A stretch of 61,465 nucleotides of DNA, the filler included, from Choristocarpus tenellus KU-1152 (taxonomy: Eukaryota; Protista; Phaeophyceae): assembly GCA_964200185.2 (NCBI GenBank). It is 8 parts of 8 records of this genome, joined end to end, with 100 filler letters (N's around TTAATTAATTAA, not from the genome) between each part and the next. Parts side by side here need not be neighbours in the genome. Positions count along the whole stretch, not along the records: positions 12,280 to 16,391 come from CAXNAD020016151.1; positions 16,492 to 19,423 come from CAXNAD020023559.1; positions 19,524 to 36,659 come from CAXNAD020000717.1; 5 more parts are not named here. The stretch is one strand, 5' to 3'. Within the stretch, counting starts at the first letter, position 1. Every line of letters begins with the position of its first letter. Of this stretch, positions 12,280-24,449 are shown in pieces. A program made the position numbers and the translations under genes. The notes under the pieces are model-generated. The model saw only the letters and a list, made by a program, of their open reading frames with translations, was not told the DNA's origin and ran no database searches.

Positions 12280-15029
12280 GAGCAGGTAAGAGTTGGTTGT
12301 GTAGTGAGTGTGGGAGGGGGTGTCTGAGGTGGGCAGGCTGAATGACATACACACCCTTTCTTGGTGTGTGTTGCCCATGGAAGCATGTACTCTTCCCACT
12401 CGGGATTCTTGCCATTGCAGGGCGAAATAGGTGGCGCAACGATGCCCAATGCCTCCCAGTCCGGGCACCCGCAGGAGGTGGAGGAAGCCCCAGGAGTGTA
12501 TCCTGAGTGTGAGTATTGGCTGTATCCATCGTGACCCTTGCAGCCAATAAGAGTGGCCTTGACACCATAATTCATTGGGGTGCCACAGTAGAAAGGAAAG
12601 TCATCCGGGAACTCTCCTTCAGTCCAGCCCCCAGCACAGGCCCCACCAGCGCTTACCTGGAGGAAGGTGAAGGGTTTCATAGAATGAGAGTTGGGCATCG
12701 TGGTCAGTACAGAGGAGCGGAAGCAATTGTGGTGGAGAGTATTAAAACAGGTAGGATGTGCGAATTGAGTTTGAGCTGTGCGGTTCATTTTTAACTCTCT
12801 TTCTTGTAGCATGTTGCTCGCATCGTATGTGACAAAGCATGGGTGTAGGTGAATGGAGACGCGAGACATGTTGAAGGATTGTAGCAGGGGGATAGGAGGA
12901 CAGGGGGCACAGGGGGGACGGGGGGGAAACTTCAAAACATGAGTACAAGGTAGCCAGAAGGTACAGTGAAGGTTCATGCAAATCCATCCCTGGGATGGCA
13001 GGGATGCGCCCATATTCTTCACCTTACAAACAACTTGCCTGTGCCAATTAAGGTATTTGGTTGTATTGTGGATGTTAACATTAAACCCTCACCAGGACAA
13101 TGAGAACCTCGGTGCACGCCCCCACAACAAGTAAAAAAAAACATGGGTCATCCTGTATTCAGGTGTGCTACAAATTGAGGGAGTACACAATGTCTTCAAG
13201 GTCCTTACCCAGGCGACATGTTTGCCACACGAGCCCTTCTGAACACCCCCCCTGTACGCCCCATTGGCCCAGCGTTGTGGGTGAACCCCACAAATACCTG
13301 CTCCAAAGCTGCTGCAGACATCATCGTCCTCACACTCTAGGTACTTTTATTGGGTGCAAAGGTTCATCAGACAAGAGTGAGCGGGGCACCATCTCGCTTG
13401 TTAGATTGCGTTCAAATCAAGACAAACCTGACACGAGTTAACTCTCTTAAAATAGAAGCTTGCAAGCAATGTTGGGAGGTTGTTTTTCGAATGCGCTTCC
13501 TGTCAAAAAGTTTACAGGGAAAAAGTATGTAATGTTGTTAACACAGTTGTCTCGTTAATCTTGGCCAAAAGAGATGCAATAGCAACACCTGAAGGCAACG
13601 TGGGATGTACAGTGTAAACAAGACTCAAGAGGCCAAGAAAAAACAAAGAAAAAATATGTTCAACATTTTGTGTATTGCGCAACCCACCGATTCAGTGCCA
13701 TTTACCACCGGATGGACCATCCGCAGGTACTGACTGAGATCCCCTTCAATACCGTCCACTGTGTACTCGAAGGACCATGAGCACCCAGATAAACCCGTGT
13801 CTGATTCAGACCCTCCAGGGTTGCCACATTGGTACTGGAGGGTGATATACGTAGATCAAGATAAAAGTGTGGGGGGTTGTGAGTACTTAGTTGATCGTCT
13901 CTCTTCATACCCGCATATTCGAGAGAGCAAGAGACTTGGCTATCATGCATCTCGGACACATCATTTGAACAAATGTCATCACTCCAGCATTCAATCTACA
14001 AACGTTATCCATCCTGGATGGAGGGCGCGTTCACTTCGTACAGGGCACATCCGTAGTTTGTTATTCAAGTACTATGGAGACACTAAAAACGTTCAGGTAT
14101 AAGATCTGAGACTGGTGTAACGCGAAGAATAGTTAACTGATAAAACTACTACCAATAAACCTGGTGAAGGCAGGCAGGATCGATAATACAGCAAAAGAGA
14201 TTGTTTTCTCACCATGTCGTGATTTGTAGAGTATTTCTCTGGAAAAATGGGATTGTCAGGCTTGATCTCCATGGGCAGGTTAATACCATCGATGTTGCTG
14301 ACGTCATAATAATCCCAAGTCCCACCATTGCTTAAGGTGAATTCTGCCTTTGTCGTAGGACCACTAGGCCCTACATAAGGAGGGCAGATGTAGTTATCTT
14401 TACTATTGTGACAAACGCCAGTCAAACAACCCAGCGCCTCGTCGCATCCTGTGCTAGCCCAGATAGTTCCACTCCATCGCACATCAATGTCAGTTTCGTA
14501 GAGTTCATATACTGCCTTCTCCCCAGAATGGAGAACTCGGTTGTTTCCATCACCATCACTTCTTGGTGGAAGTGTCCAGTAACAGCCAATCCCATTTGGA
14601 CCATAGTTATATGAACCACTAGAGCCGTGCTGATCGCACAGTGACTTGGAAGTGTAGTCAGTGCCAGTACCAAACGTAATTCTGGACGTTGAATGGAATA
14701 TCGAGCAGAAGAAACGGAGAAGCGAGAGGGGTCTATGCAAACCTGAGCGAGATGGTTTTCAGCATAGCTAATGCAGGAGTACGGGAGGCGTATCTAGACA
14801 ATAGAAAACTGCATTTTTCAACGCCAAACTTTGTTTGGTGATTGAGCCATCCCACCCCCATTTACGTTAGAACATCCGCCACCCTTGCTGCCACGTACCT
14901 CCCGCCAGTTGAGCCGACCGTAACGGTCTGTGAGCATTCGTTTACAACTGTGAACGACCTTCCATCGCCAGCCACTGCACCAATCGTTGCCAGGAATGCC
15001 GACCCCCACAAAGTCCACACACGACCCAT
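12280..15029 (-). CDS. Secreted thaumatin-like (PR-5 family) protein with Cys-rich extension; 3' end truncated
   Basis: Exons 15029-14899 (signal-like MGRVWTLWGSAFLATIGAVAG then RSFTVVNECSQTV), 14681-14213 (WSGTIWASTGC, GPTTKAEFTL, WDYYDVSNIDGINLPMEI), 13834-13706 (YQCGNPG...GCSWSF), 13343-13209, and 12656-~12350 (CGCPDW...CNGKNPEW...KKGC). Splice phases are consistent. Confidence 0.85.
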
Positions 15030-15829
15030 TCTAATTTTTCTGACTTCAAGACACTCTTCAAATACTTCTCAGTTGGAGAGGAGTACCACCAAGAGTGAAG
15101 TTTACTTAAGAGAAGCGATACAGGTTTGAGCACTCCTTCTTGAGTAGGCTGTTTAGGTGTTTGTTCGTTTCGTCGTGGGAATGAGAGATAACGTGTAACA
15201 TGAGTGGTTTAGAACAAAGACCTACCCCCATTTAACTTTGACACCTATAATGATAGATCAATACTAGAGGTGCCAGAATCAGTTGGGGATGTTTTTCCGT
15301 GCCGTTCAGAGGCGTTCAGAGGCGTTCAGAGTTCAAGTTCAGTCTTAAATTGAGAACGTCCTAACTCATCGCTATGAAGAGACGCTGAAGATTTACAACG
15401 GATCTAGAATCCAAAGAAGTCTAATTCATCCAAAAATATACGATCTTCACTACAGTAGTAGTATTCTAGATTCATATTCTTGGGGAAAGAGAGATATTGT
15501 GGTACAATATTTCAACTTCAGGTATTCAGATCTCCAACCCAACGAACTCATTTTAATATGTTGATTAATTAGAATACAATTGAAAAATTCCATTAAAAAA
15601 ATTGAAAGGATGGACGTTCCGTAATATAAAAATATATTATTATGTCATCAAACATTTCTAGATGTCTCAAGAGAAATAGCCAACCAATATCGCAAGGATC
15701 CATATCTCTGACACAGATGTGTTCGCAAATCAATATAAGCAATCTGAATTATGAGTTATGGAGTGTAAGAAATTTAAGAACTTACATTTTTGGACTATCG
15801 TTTATATGCGAAAGCATGGAAATCTGTCA

Positions 15830-16130
15830 CTTTATCAGCACTTCTTTTACATTTGTAATCTCACAAAGTATAATAATACAGTACAATAACAGTGGTTGGG
15901 TGGGTATAAGAGATATAATGTTCACACCCCACATGCTCGTACCTGCCCTACCGCATGGGGACAGGTCCACCAACACACACCAATGGTCAAGCGTCTTGGT
16001 CAACTCTGCAAAGGAATTGGGCATCCCTTGCACTATGGAGGACGGTAGCCCATTCACAGTGGTTAGGAACTGCAGATCCGGCACTTGTGGACGCCAGATC
16101 AGCTCCCGTGTCTTTATGTTTTCCATTGAG
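15830..16130 (-). pseudogene. Possible degenerate reverse-transcriptase fragment
   Basis: Peptide QFLTTVNGLPSSIVQGMPNSFAELTKTL loosely resembles RT motif B. The DNA at 16044-16108 is shared with 34056-34140, so it is at least repetitive. Confidence 0.3.
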
Positions 16131-16391
16131 ACTAGTGATGATACTATTTTAGAGTGTTAGCGAATGAATTCCCTCCAGAATCCAAGACTGTAATACAGCA
16201 CAAAATTCTCCTGAGTGTGATTTATAGAATCGAGATAAAGCAGAAGACAAGTCTGGTTTGTTTAAATGAAAGTTGGGGTGGAGGCCGTGTTACTCCCTGG
16301 ACACAGGGCAAATTACACCAAATCACTCACTAACACAAGTTCAATTAATCTGGTAAGGTTGTGAGATACCAGGCTCAAAGTATCTGACGGG

Positions 16392-16491
16392 NNNNNNNNN
16401 NNNNNNNNNNNNNNNNNNNNNNNNNNNNNNNNNNNTTAATTAATTAANNNNNNNNNNNNNNNNNNNNNNNNNNNNNNNNNNNNNNNNNNNN
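16392..16491. other. Artificial contig linker
   Basis: N44-TTAATTAATTAA-N44. Confidence 0.97.
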
Positions 16492-19010
16492 CAATAATGT
16501 GAAAATCGAAAAAAGGGTGAAAAACGGACGCCGACACCCCCCCCCTAGACACTTTGACCCTTCACACCAGCAAACCAAGAGCTCTCCATACTATTAATGA
16601 CTGTATCATTTCGTGCCTCAAACAAACTTTGAAATGCTCAGGGCATCACTGATGGCAAGCAGGATCAACTCAATACTTTTGTTTAATTCACATAACCCTT
16701 CCTGAACATACTGCATGTGTTTGTGTGTGTGTGTGTGTGAAAAACGACAGAAGCACAACGATAATGTCAGGTGGACCTCTTGTCTCAGAACATATTTCAC
16801 ATTTTGGGTAAACAACCAAGCAACATTTTCTTCTCGTTGCCGTTACTACTTTGAAATGTACAACAAAGAAACCATGCATCAGAAGGATAAAGGATATGCG
16901 AAATATCCCCTATCACATTAGCAAGCACACAGGGTGGAAGTCATGCCACTCAGTGCCTAGATACTTTCCACTGCAAAAATTAACACCATCTGTACTCCTC
17001 TCAACTCCCCAGCTTTCTAAGTGGGGAGTTGTTTCCCAGACAGGGATTTAGCGGCCATGCAGAAAGTATACTATAGCAAGTGGGTTGCAAGAGGAATGAG
17101 CTCTTATATCATAACATTGAAGGTAGGTAAACTAAAGGAATCAGTTCTACCTGTACAAGAAGAACAAACATTTCTCCACAATACCTAGAATAATTCAATC
17201 CGTAGTATTTCCCGTATACTTTAGTTTACTCACTGCTGGTAAACATGTTCAATCATCAGTCACACAATGGTATCAACTAACTCTATTATTTGGATATTAT
17301 CTGGTCAAATAATATTGAGACATCACTCTAGAGTAAAAAAGGTAGATGCATTGAAGAGAACAACACGGAAAAAAACAAAATAAGTCAGATCCGTATTAAT
17401 TCATAGTACAATATAGACGAAAGGAGTATGTGGTGATTCAATCGTTTATCAGTCGTTTCTAGCCACTAGCTGATTATGAATTTCACTTCTAGCGAAAATA
17501 GCAGCAAATGCTGCCATAACTATGTCCTCAGGTGAAAGCTGCCTTCTCGGCAATTCTAGACATCCTCCTAAGTACCTGTCTTCACCCAGATACTATGTAG
17601 AGAGGCAACGAGGTATACATTGTGAGGGCCCAGACTATTTGTCATAGATGTCGTTGAACTTTTCCTGTATGACCAACACATTCGCTACAATCCTACCTGA
17701 TAAGCACACGGTGTCCAATATCTGCCCTCAAGTTTGTCTTATTGTGGATAGGATGGAGACCTTTCTTGGCATCACTGAAGCGGGTCATTTAATCCACATT
17801 TCTCATCACCGATATATATATAGGCATAACAGTTTGTTGAAGGGAAGCGGCCTCCTTTCTCGCTAAGGTTTGCACCATCGCTCTAACTACCAGAAGAGCA
17901 GCTCCCACCACTGTGTTTAGGGCAATAAGATCTAGAGAAGCCCCTTGGCTTCTCACTGTCTGGGGATGAAACCTCTCGGCACAGTGTATGTGCTTCCTGT
18001 GATGTACCATGCCCGCTACACCTATCATTTCATGGTTGATTGCTTAGCCTCCAGGATGCTAACCACTTCCAACTCTACATGACTCCAAACCGTGCTACGA
18101 TCTACTTCAGAGAAGCCAAAAGCGACTGGTCCTAAGGTCCAGACAGATGCCCTGCATGTTCTTCCTCTTGAGACCTTTGTGCTGCAAACTTGGACTCCTC
18201 AGAGTATTAAATGATATCATTCTCATGGCCAGGGCAATCGGAAAAACCCACAATAACATATCTTGTGCACGATAGCAGAGTCTTCTTTCATACCTCATGT
18301 AACTCCTCATCATCATTTGAGGGAATTGAAGGAAGTATCTCGTCCCTTTTTTTCACGTTCATGGTCAACCTGGAGTTTTCCAAATGAATCTCACCTCTGG
18401 CAATTTCACCCTTATTCACACAGATGTCACACATAGCCACATTGTCAAGTCTTGTTGAACATTAGGCACAATGTACTCCACAATAGGAAATCTCCAAACC
18501 GGAGACTTCCTCCTTATGTGTTTCATCTTCGCCGATTTCGCATCATCTATACTTTATTTTAGTCTTCTGCGATTGGGAACTGAACCTCATTGAAAGCTCC
18601 GCTTCCATCCCATTTACACATCCTCCAGTTCGTCCTGCTTGTCACATTTTTCCGCATGTGGTAGGGTCTACCTGGGAGATGAGTCATCAAATTCTCCAAA
18701 CCCTAAATCTCCACAGGGGTCAGGCAGGTTTGTAGTCATGGAAATATTAGTTGAGTTGTGAGTAGTGAAACCTTGTTGTGAGCAGGACTCTAGATTGTGT
18801 AACTCACCTGTGCTTCCTGCTGCTCAAAATTGAAATAGAAAGAAGGGCAGAAAGTTCAAAAAGTTTGGTTATGAGCCAGGTTGTTTCTCAATTAATCGAA
18901 CGGAGTCAATTAAACTGTTGTTGATGTTCACGAAACTATAACTATGTAAAATAACAAGATATACATTAATCATACACACTTAATATATATACGGAGTACA
19001 TAATAATACC

Positions 19011-19074
19011 TACATACATACAAAATACCTACATACATACATACATACATACATACATACATACATACATACAT
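19011..19074. repeat. (TACA)n microsatellite
   Basis: Direct tandem TACA repeats with one interruption. Confidence 0.95.
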
Positions 19075-19109
19075 AGCAGGAAAGAAGTGTAATTAAATCC
19101 CGGCTACTC

Positions 19110-19295
19110 CGAATTGTCTCGGTAACTACGCAAGTGGCACTGTCTAGACATGTCGTGCGTTTTAAGCTGGATTCACCAGGGAGATGGGCACGGAGGGGTT
19201 TATTGGATTCTTGGGATGACCCCCTAGCTCTTCCCCCCAAGGCACAGGTCTAAGGTAGATTGGAGACACAGGAAGGCAGTGGTACAACATTGATA
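19110..19295 (+). repeat. Repeat family A copy
   Basis: Colinear with 404-590. Confidence 0.85.
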
Positions 19296-19423
19296 GTTGT
19301 GAAGTAATAAATGGATCGGTATCTTTCGCAATCTTGACACTTTATTTCTTTGGAGCTTATTATACTGACTGTGTCTATATATATTATTATGCCCTCTGAC
19401 ATTTTGCAGATGTGTCAGGGGGG

Positions 19424-19523
19424 NNNNNNNNNNNNNNNNNNNNNNNNNNNNNNNNNNNNNNNNNNNNTTAATTAATTAANNNNNNNNNNNNNNNNNNNNN
19501 NNNNNNNNNNNNNNNNNNNNNNN
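19424..19523. other. Artificial contig linker
   Basis: N44-TTAATTAATTAA-N44. Confidence 0.97.
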
Positions 19524-19658
19524 ATGCACTTTTCCTGATTTTGGTCCAAATGGACACCCTTGTGTAGACCCCCCCCCCCTCCCAGATACTTTGGGTCTCA
19601 TGTCCTTCCCTGTCAGTGTTCTCACCACCTCAACCACAGATTCGTCCTCCTCTGGAGT

Positions 19659-19904
19659 CAAAGTATCTTAGAGGGTGGGGCCACGTCCATTTGGGACCAA
19701 AATCCAATTTTTCGATTTTGATGTAATTTTGGCTATCATGTTTGTTAGAAAGTGTCAGTATCCTTGTCCCGGACACACCTTTTCATAACATACGTACTTT
19801 ACCTACTCAAAACAATTTGGAGTAGGAAAGTGTCATAAAAACCCATGGGAAGCCAAGCTCCAAATGGATAAACAGGGCAAAACTCGTACCCTCTAAGACA
19901 CTTC
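19659..19904 (+). mobile_element. ~240-bp MITE, copy 1
   Basis: TIRs CAAAGTATCTTAGAGGGT ... ACCCTCTAAGACACTT. The body is colinear with 55492-55723 and, inverted, with 56228-56469. Confidence 0.8.
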
Positions 19905-20379
19905 CACTCCTGGGTTGTGCTTCTATGGTCTGGTTTCACAACAAATCTCTGTTTCTACACCCTACCTCCCGATCCTCGACATACTTGCTTCTGTGTAAAG
20001 GCTAGTATGCCCAACATCCTAACCAAAAGCTAAGCCGGCTGCAGCAGTGGGTCATGATGCATGTCACCATGTACATGACCAAAATGTCCATGACATCAAA
20101 CAGCTCCTCCAGAAACTGAGCGTGGGCATCAGACAAGGAGAAGAGGGAGAGGGAGACTGTGACCTTGACCTGGGGAAGGTGTCGGAAGACTTTGTTATCA
20201 AGGCTGACGAGCTACCAACCAACAACAGCATCACAAAGGCTCAGGAATCGCTGCAACTAATAGAAGAGCAAGAGGATGTACATTGGTTTGGCACAGGACC
20301 TCAGAGATGAGATAGTGCACAGGCAGTTTGTGTTACAAGCACTGCAGGTAAGGCTGGAAATTCAAGGCGGAGTGAAATG

Positions 20380-20625
20380 CCAGGAGATCAGAGGAAGACA
20401 GAGGTTGGTCTTGGTGACAATGTTGATGACAGTGGAAGGCGAGTCTTCCTCCACCTCCCTTTACTGAAACGAACGGCATCACATTTTGTTGAATTGGAGC
20501 CAAAGCCGATTTCGAAAGAGATCGAATGGGAACAGGCCTCCACATTGCTGTGCAAAGGAGAAATGGATTTCTTGAGTGCCTTTGATCCTAGACCTTCAAT
20601 GCAGACATATATCAGATAGTTCTTT
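20380..20625 (+). pseudogene. Decayed C-terminus of a pogo-like transposase
   Basis: ASHFVELE...ASTLLCKGEMDFLSAFDPRPSMQTYIR*FF aligns with SSHFQHLE...AAFHLQKARMAMINAHASKPLQQTDIRAF at 53540-53731, including the PIP-box-like end. Confidence 0.6.
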
Positions 20626-22640
20626 GACTGGTGGGTGTTGTAATGTGTGGTCCAGTTTCCTGCCTAAAGAACATTCGAGGGACACAACGTCATACCTGAG
20701 TGAATAATAAAGTTATAAACGTGTGGGCCACACACATTTATGTAAGATATTGGTTTGGGTTTTTTCCCTGACAAATCTGCATGATGTTAGAGGGCATAAT
20801 GATATATCATACATGTAATATATAATATTATTCAAATACGGATATTTTAACGTATTCCAGAAAAATTCAGCCGTATGTTTTTATGGCGTATCTGGCCCCA
20901 AATGCTAAAAACTACCTTGAAGTCGACATTTAGTAAGGTGAAGAATCCAAATATTTAGGGACTGCTTTTTAGTTGACAGAGGGTCGTCCTTAAGGGGGGC
21001 TTTACTCTACCCTTACTTTCGATCTTTATTATTATTATTATGCCCTCAGACATTTTGTAGATGTATCAGGGGAAAAACCAATGAAAATTATTCACACCAA
21101 TCTTTTGTTTTTGGTTGTATTCTCATGAAATATCGTCCACACAGGCGACAGACAGGTGTTTCATAAGCGCACGAAATCAAAGCGCGAATTTTGGTTGGAT
21201 AGACCAGAAAAGAACAAAAAAACACTGTAGAACAGGATAGAGCGGAGGTAGGTATGAAAAACGGGTGGGGCGTGTATTGAGAGGGGTACAACTGAGTAGT
21301 GCATACTCTAAGGTCAAGAAAGAGATGTGAGCGGTTCATACCTGAACACTTCGGATGCAGTCACTAGTACCAGATTGCTGCTTCTCCTCATTGGTCTCCT
21401 CCTCCGGTACTACTTTCTTGGGCTACTTCTCTTCAATATATGCTCAGAGTACGTAGTGTGTATGTTGTAACTCCTCCTGGTGTGCTCTCCTGTGCTGAGT
21501 GGTGGTAGTGGTGTTTGTGACGAATAAATAGGCTGGGATGCAGCAGTGTCTTTTTTTCTCCCTTGTTCTGCTTTGGTGTTTCTTTTTGCGTAGGACCTGG
21601 TGCTAGTGATGCTGCACAATATACCAACGTCGATTCATGCGTACACTCTGGGTAGTGAATGATAGTGCTACATCAGGTTTTTCTTTACTCCCTTTTTTCA
21701 TCTGTCATTTACTCTGCAATATTTCTCAGTCCTTCCATATTTCATGTTTCTGTAATCTATTATCTTGTACATTGTAATATGAAGTCGCTCAACATCATCA
21801 ACCAGAAGACCACCCAACCAACTCAAGACCAAATGGAAAGACAAAAAGGTTGTCAATTAGAAGTGGTCGGTGGAGTCACATATGCAAGAAATGGCATCTC
21901 TGCACCAAAAACACTGAGTTCATGGAAGAGGGTCCAACCTCGTGTTCTCTTGTGATACCTGCCACCAATTCCTAATCGCATTCACAAACAGTGGAACAGA
22001 CACCATTCACTTCCCAATTTAAGATGAGGTTAAGTCTTGAACTCTACAATGGCCGAATGGGGGAGTTGGCGATGTGTGTGGGAGTGTTACAATTCTTGGG
22101 GTAAATGCTATACAGTCATGCGACAACTCTGGCGTGAGTCTTAACATACATGAGGGTAGGAGTAGCCTTGTGCAAGGCCACAACTACCGAGAAGCACAGG
22201 GAGGGGAGGGTCCGCTTCAGGGAGGCCACTTGTGTGTACTCGTCTCCCAGAACCATGGACAGTCAGTAAGAAGTTTGAACCGTTCAAAAAATGCTTTTTG
22301 AGAGTTCGGCAGGGGATTCTGGTGGGGTACAAGAAGAGGAGAAGGGATGGAAAGTATTCATGTGCATTCGACAGAAGTAAAAACTTTCCAGAATCACTAA
22401 AATACTAAAATACTAAAATACTAACATAAAACCAGAACAAAAAAAGTTCACATTTGAAAAAACTCATCCACAAGACTCCCTGTGTACATCACAAATTTGG
22501 ACCTAAGAACGTTTTTTCATTCCTCATTTAGTATCTTTAAATTGCTTTAACATGTATAAAACATATTGAATACTTCTCGAGTTCATCTGACTTCCTATTG
22601 GATAGAAACAACTCACCACCAAAAATTGGTCTCATTACTT

Positions 22641-22937
22641 TACTACTACTATGCCCTCGGACATTTTGCTGGTGTATCAGAAGAAAAACTAATAATGAAA
22701 AAATATTCAAATATCTTAAGCCTTAGAGAGTAACAGTTTTCGTAAATAATGTGAAAGACACTTTTCTGTTATGATCTATTTCCTGTTCTACTACCAGCTA
22801 TGCTGTACCACTGCCCTCCTGTGCCTCTAATCCTGCACCCCAGGGTGAGGAACTAGGAAAGCGTAGAAGAATCTAAAAAGCTCTGTCTTCTTGTCCATCT
22901 CCATCGTACCTCGAGCTTAAAACGCGTGACACGTCTA
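22641..22937 (-). repeat. Repeat family A + hairpin/(TAA)n end, diverged copy
   Basis: Hairpin motif at 22641-22700, then the reverse complement of family A (GCTGTACCACTGCCCTCCTGTGCCTCTAATC...GCTTAAAACGCGTGAC). Confidence 0.7.
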
Positions 22938-24449
22938 TTTGAAGTTCCTTATGTTTTGAGAGACACCATCTGTTGTGACGATCTTTAACCATCCCTTCCC
23001 TAGTGTACTCTCTTACCCCTCTCCCCTCTGCCGCGTGTGTAATTAACTCATCAAGAAAACTTTCTGCTCGCTTACCGATGCGGTCCAAACTTTCCAACGC
23101 TAAAATGTTCAGGTTGTACCAATGTGCAAATTATCTAGCATGGAAACAAATGAAATCTACCCAGATTGTTGCCATTTATTCATTCTTTCCAAGTTTTCTC
23201 AACGTTTTAGTCCACATCCTTGCAAATACCTCCTGTTTACTTTATTCGACTTAGTGATGGTAGTAGTAGTAGAAATGCAAAGATAAGTAGAGGTGGTAGC
23301 ACGAGTAGTGGAATTTGTAACAGCAGTGCTGCTTGTAGCAACAGTACCGACCCACACAGCAACGTCATAGGATTATGATATGTATTCAATGCAAAGGGAT
23401 CATGGACACATACACGACACGAAAGGCACGGAAAGCATCTACAAGGTTGCCAACAACGACGAACAGTGACCTGACGCACCGTCATATGCTGTTCATGAAT
23501 AATTCCATTTCAGTCATCTCCAAAACCAAAAGTGGCACTGAGATTATCATGCTCGAAGTTTATCGCTGATGATTTCATCCGCTTCCATTCACCCATGATG
23601 TGCATGAGGTGCGCAGATATATAAAACTTCACACACACCTGTTTTGCTTGAACGACGACAGCCTGGTACCTGCTCTTGCCCCATTGCAAATTCCTAAATG
23701 GTAAGATATGTTGCTTTATCTATGCTGGGCACGTATGTTGTTCGCGCCTGTATTATATGTACGGATTGCACATCTTCCTCTTCCTCTTTTTTCAAATCTT
23801 TCTGTCTGTTTAGAATGACCATGTGCGATGTGTGCTTCATCTTTCTTATTTTTTTCTCCCAATTAACTTCTTCACCAATGTTTGCTTGCAATCATTATCA
23901 CATAGCCAACCTACTTCAATCTTCTCGGAATATTGGGTATTTGGGACTTTCCTTCTAGATCATGGTGTCATGTACTTACACGATGACACCTCTATCCGTA
24001 AATGTGGCGCTATGCCATCCTTCTACCAACACCATGTACCAATGTACGATATGCCAAGAAGACGTAGGTTTATGACTACAACCCTATCATTAAACCAGAC
24101 AGAACCTATGGCAATATGCACTGTTCGTTGCAAACAGTAGAGACTTCGCCTGCGACTTACTGACTTACCACAAACGCGCAGTCAAAATATCTAAACCTAA
24201 ATTAACGTTACATATAAACCATACAACATGAAGCGCCGCACTTCTCTCTAGGAAGCAAATTTTACTTGTAACTCTCTACTCTGTATTCCGATACTGACCA
24301 CCTCCGCCTCTGTTTCTCAGGTAAAAAAGAGATTTACACTCACATATTGCCAATTGCAATCTCTTCTAACCACAAAACAAGGACAATAAAATAAATGAAG
24401 GATACGCTCGGCATGACCTGTACTAGAATGTCAAAGACGACTTGTCTCG

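Noticed and set aside
16492-19000. Protein-coding gene on contig 4
   Set aside because: Only short stop-riddled frames with no motif I can recognise. Probably decayed TE, unassignable by eye.
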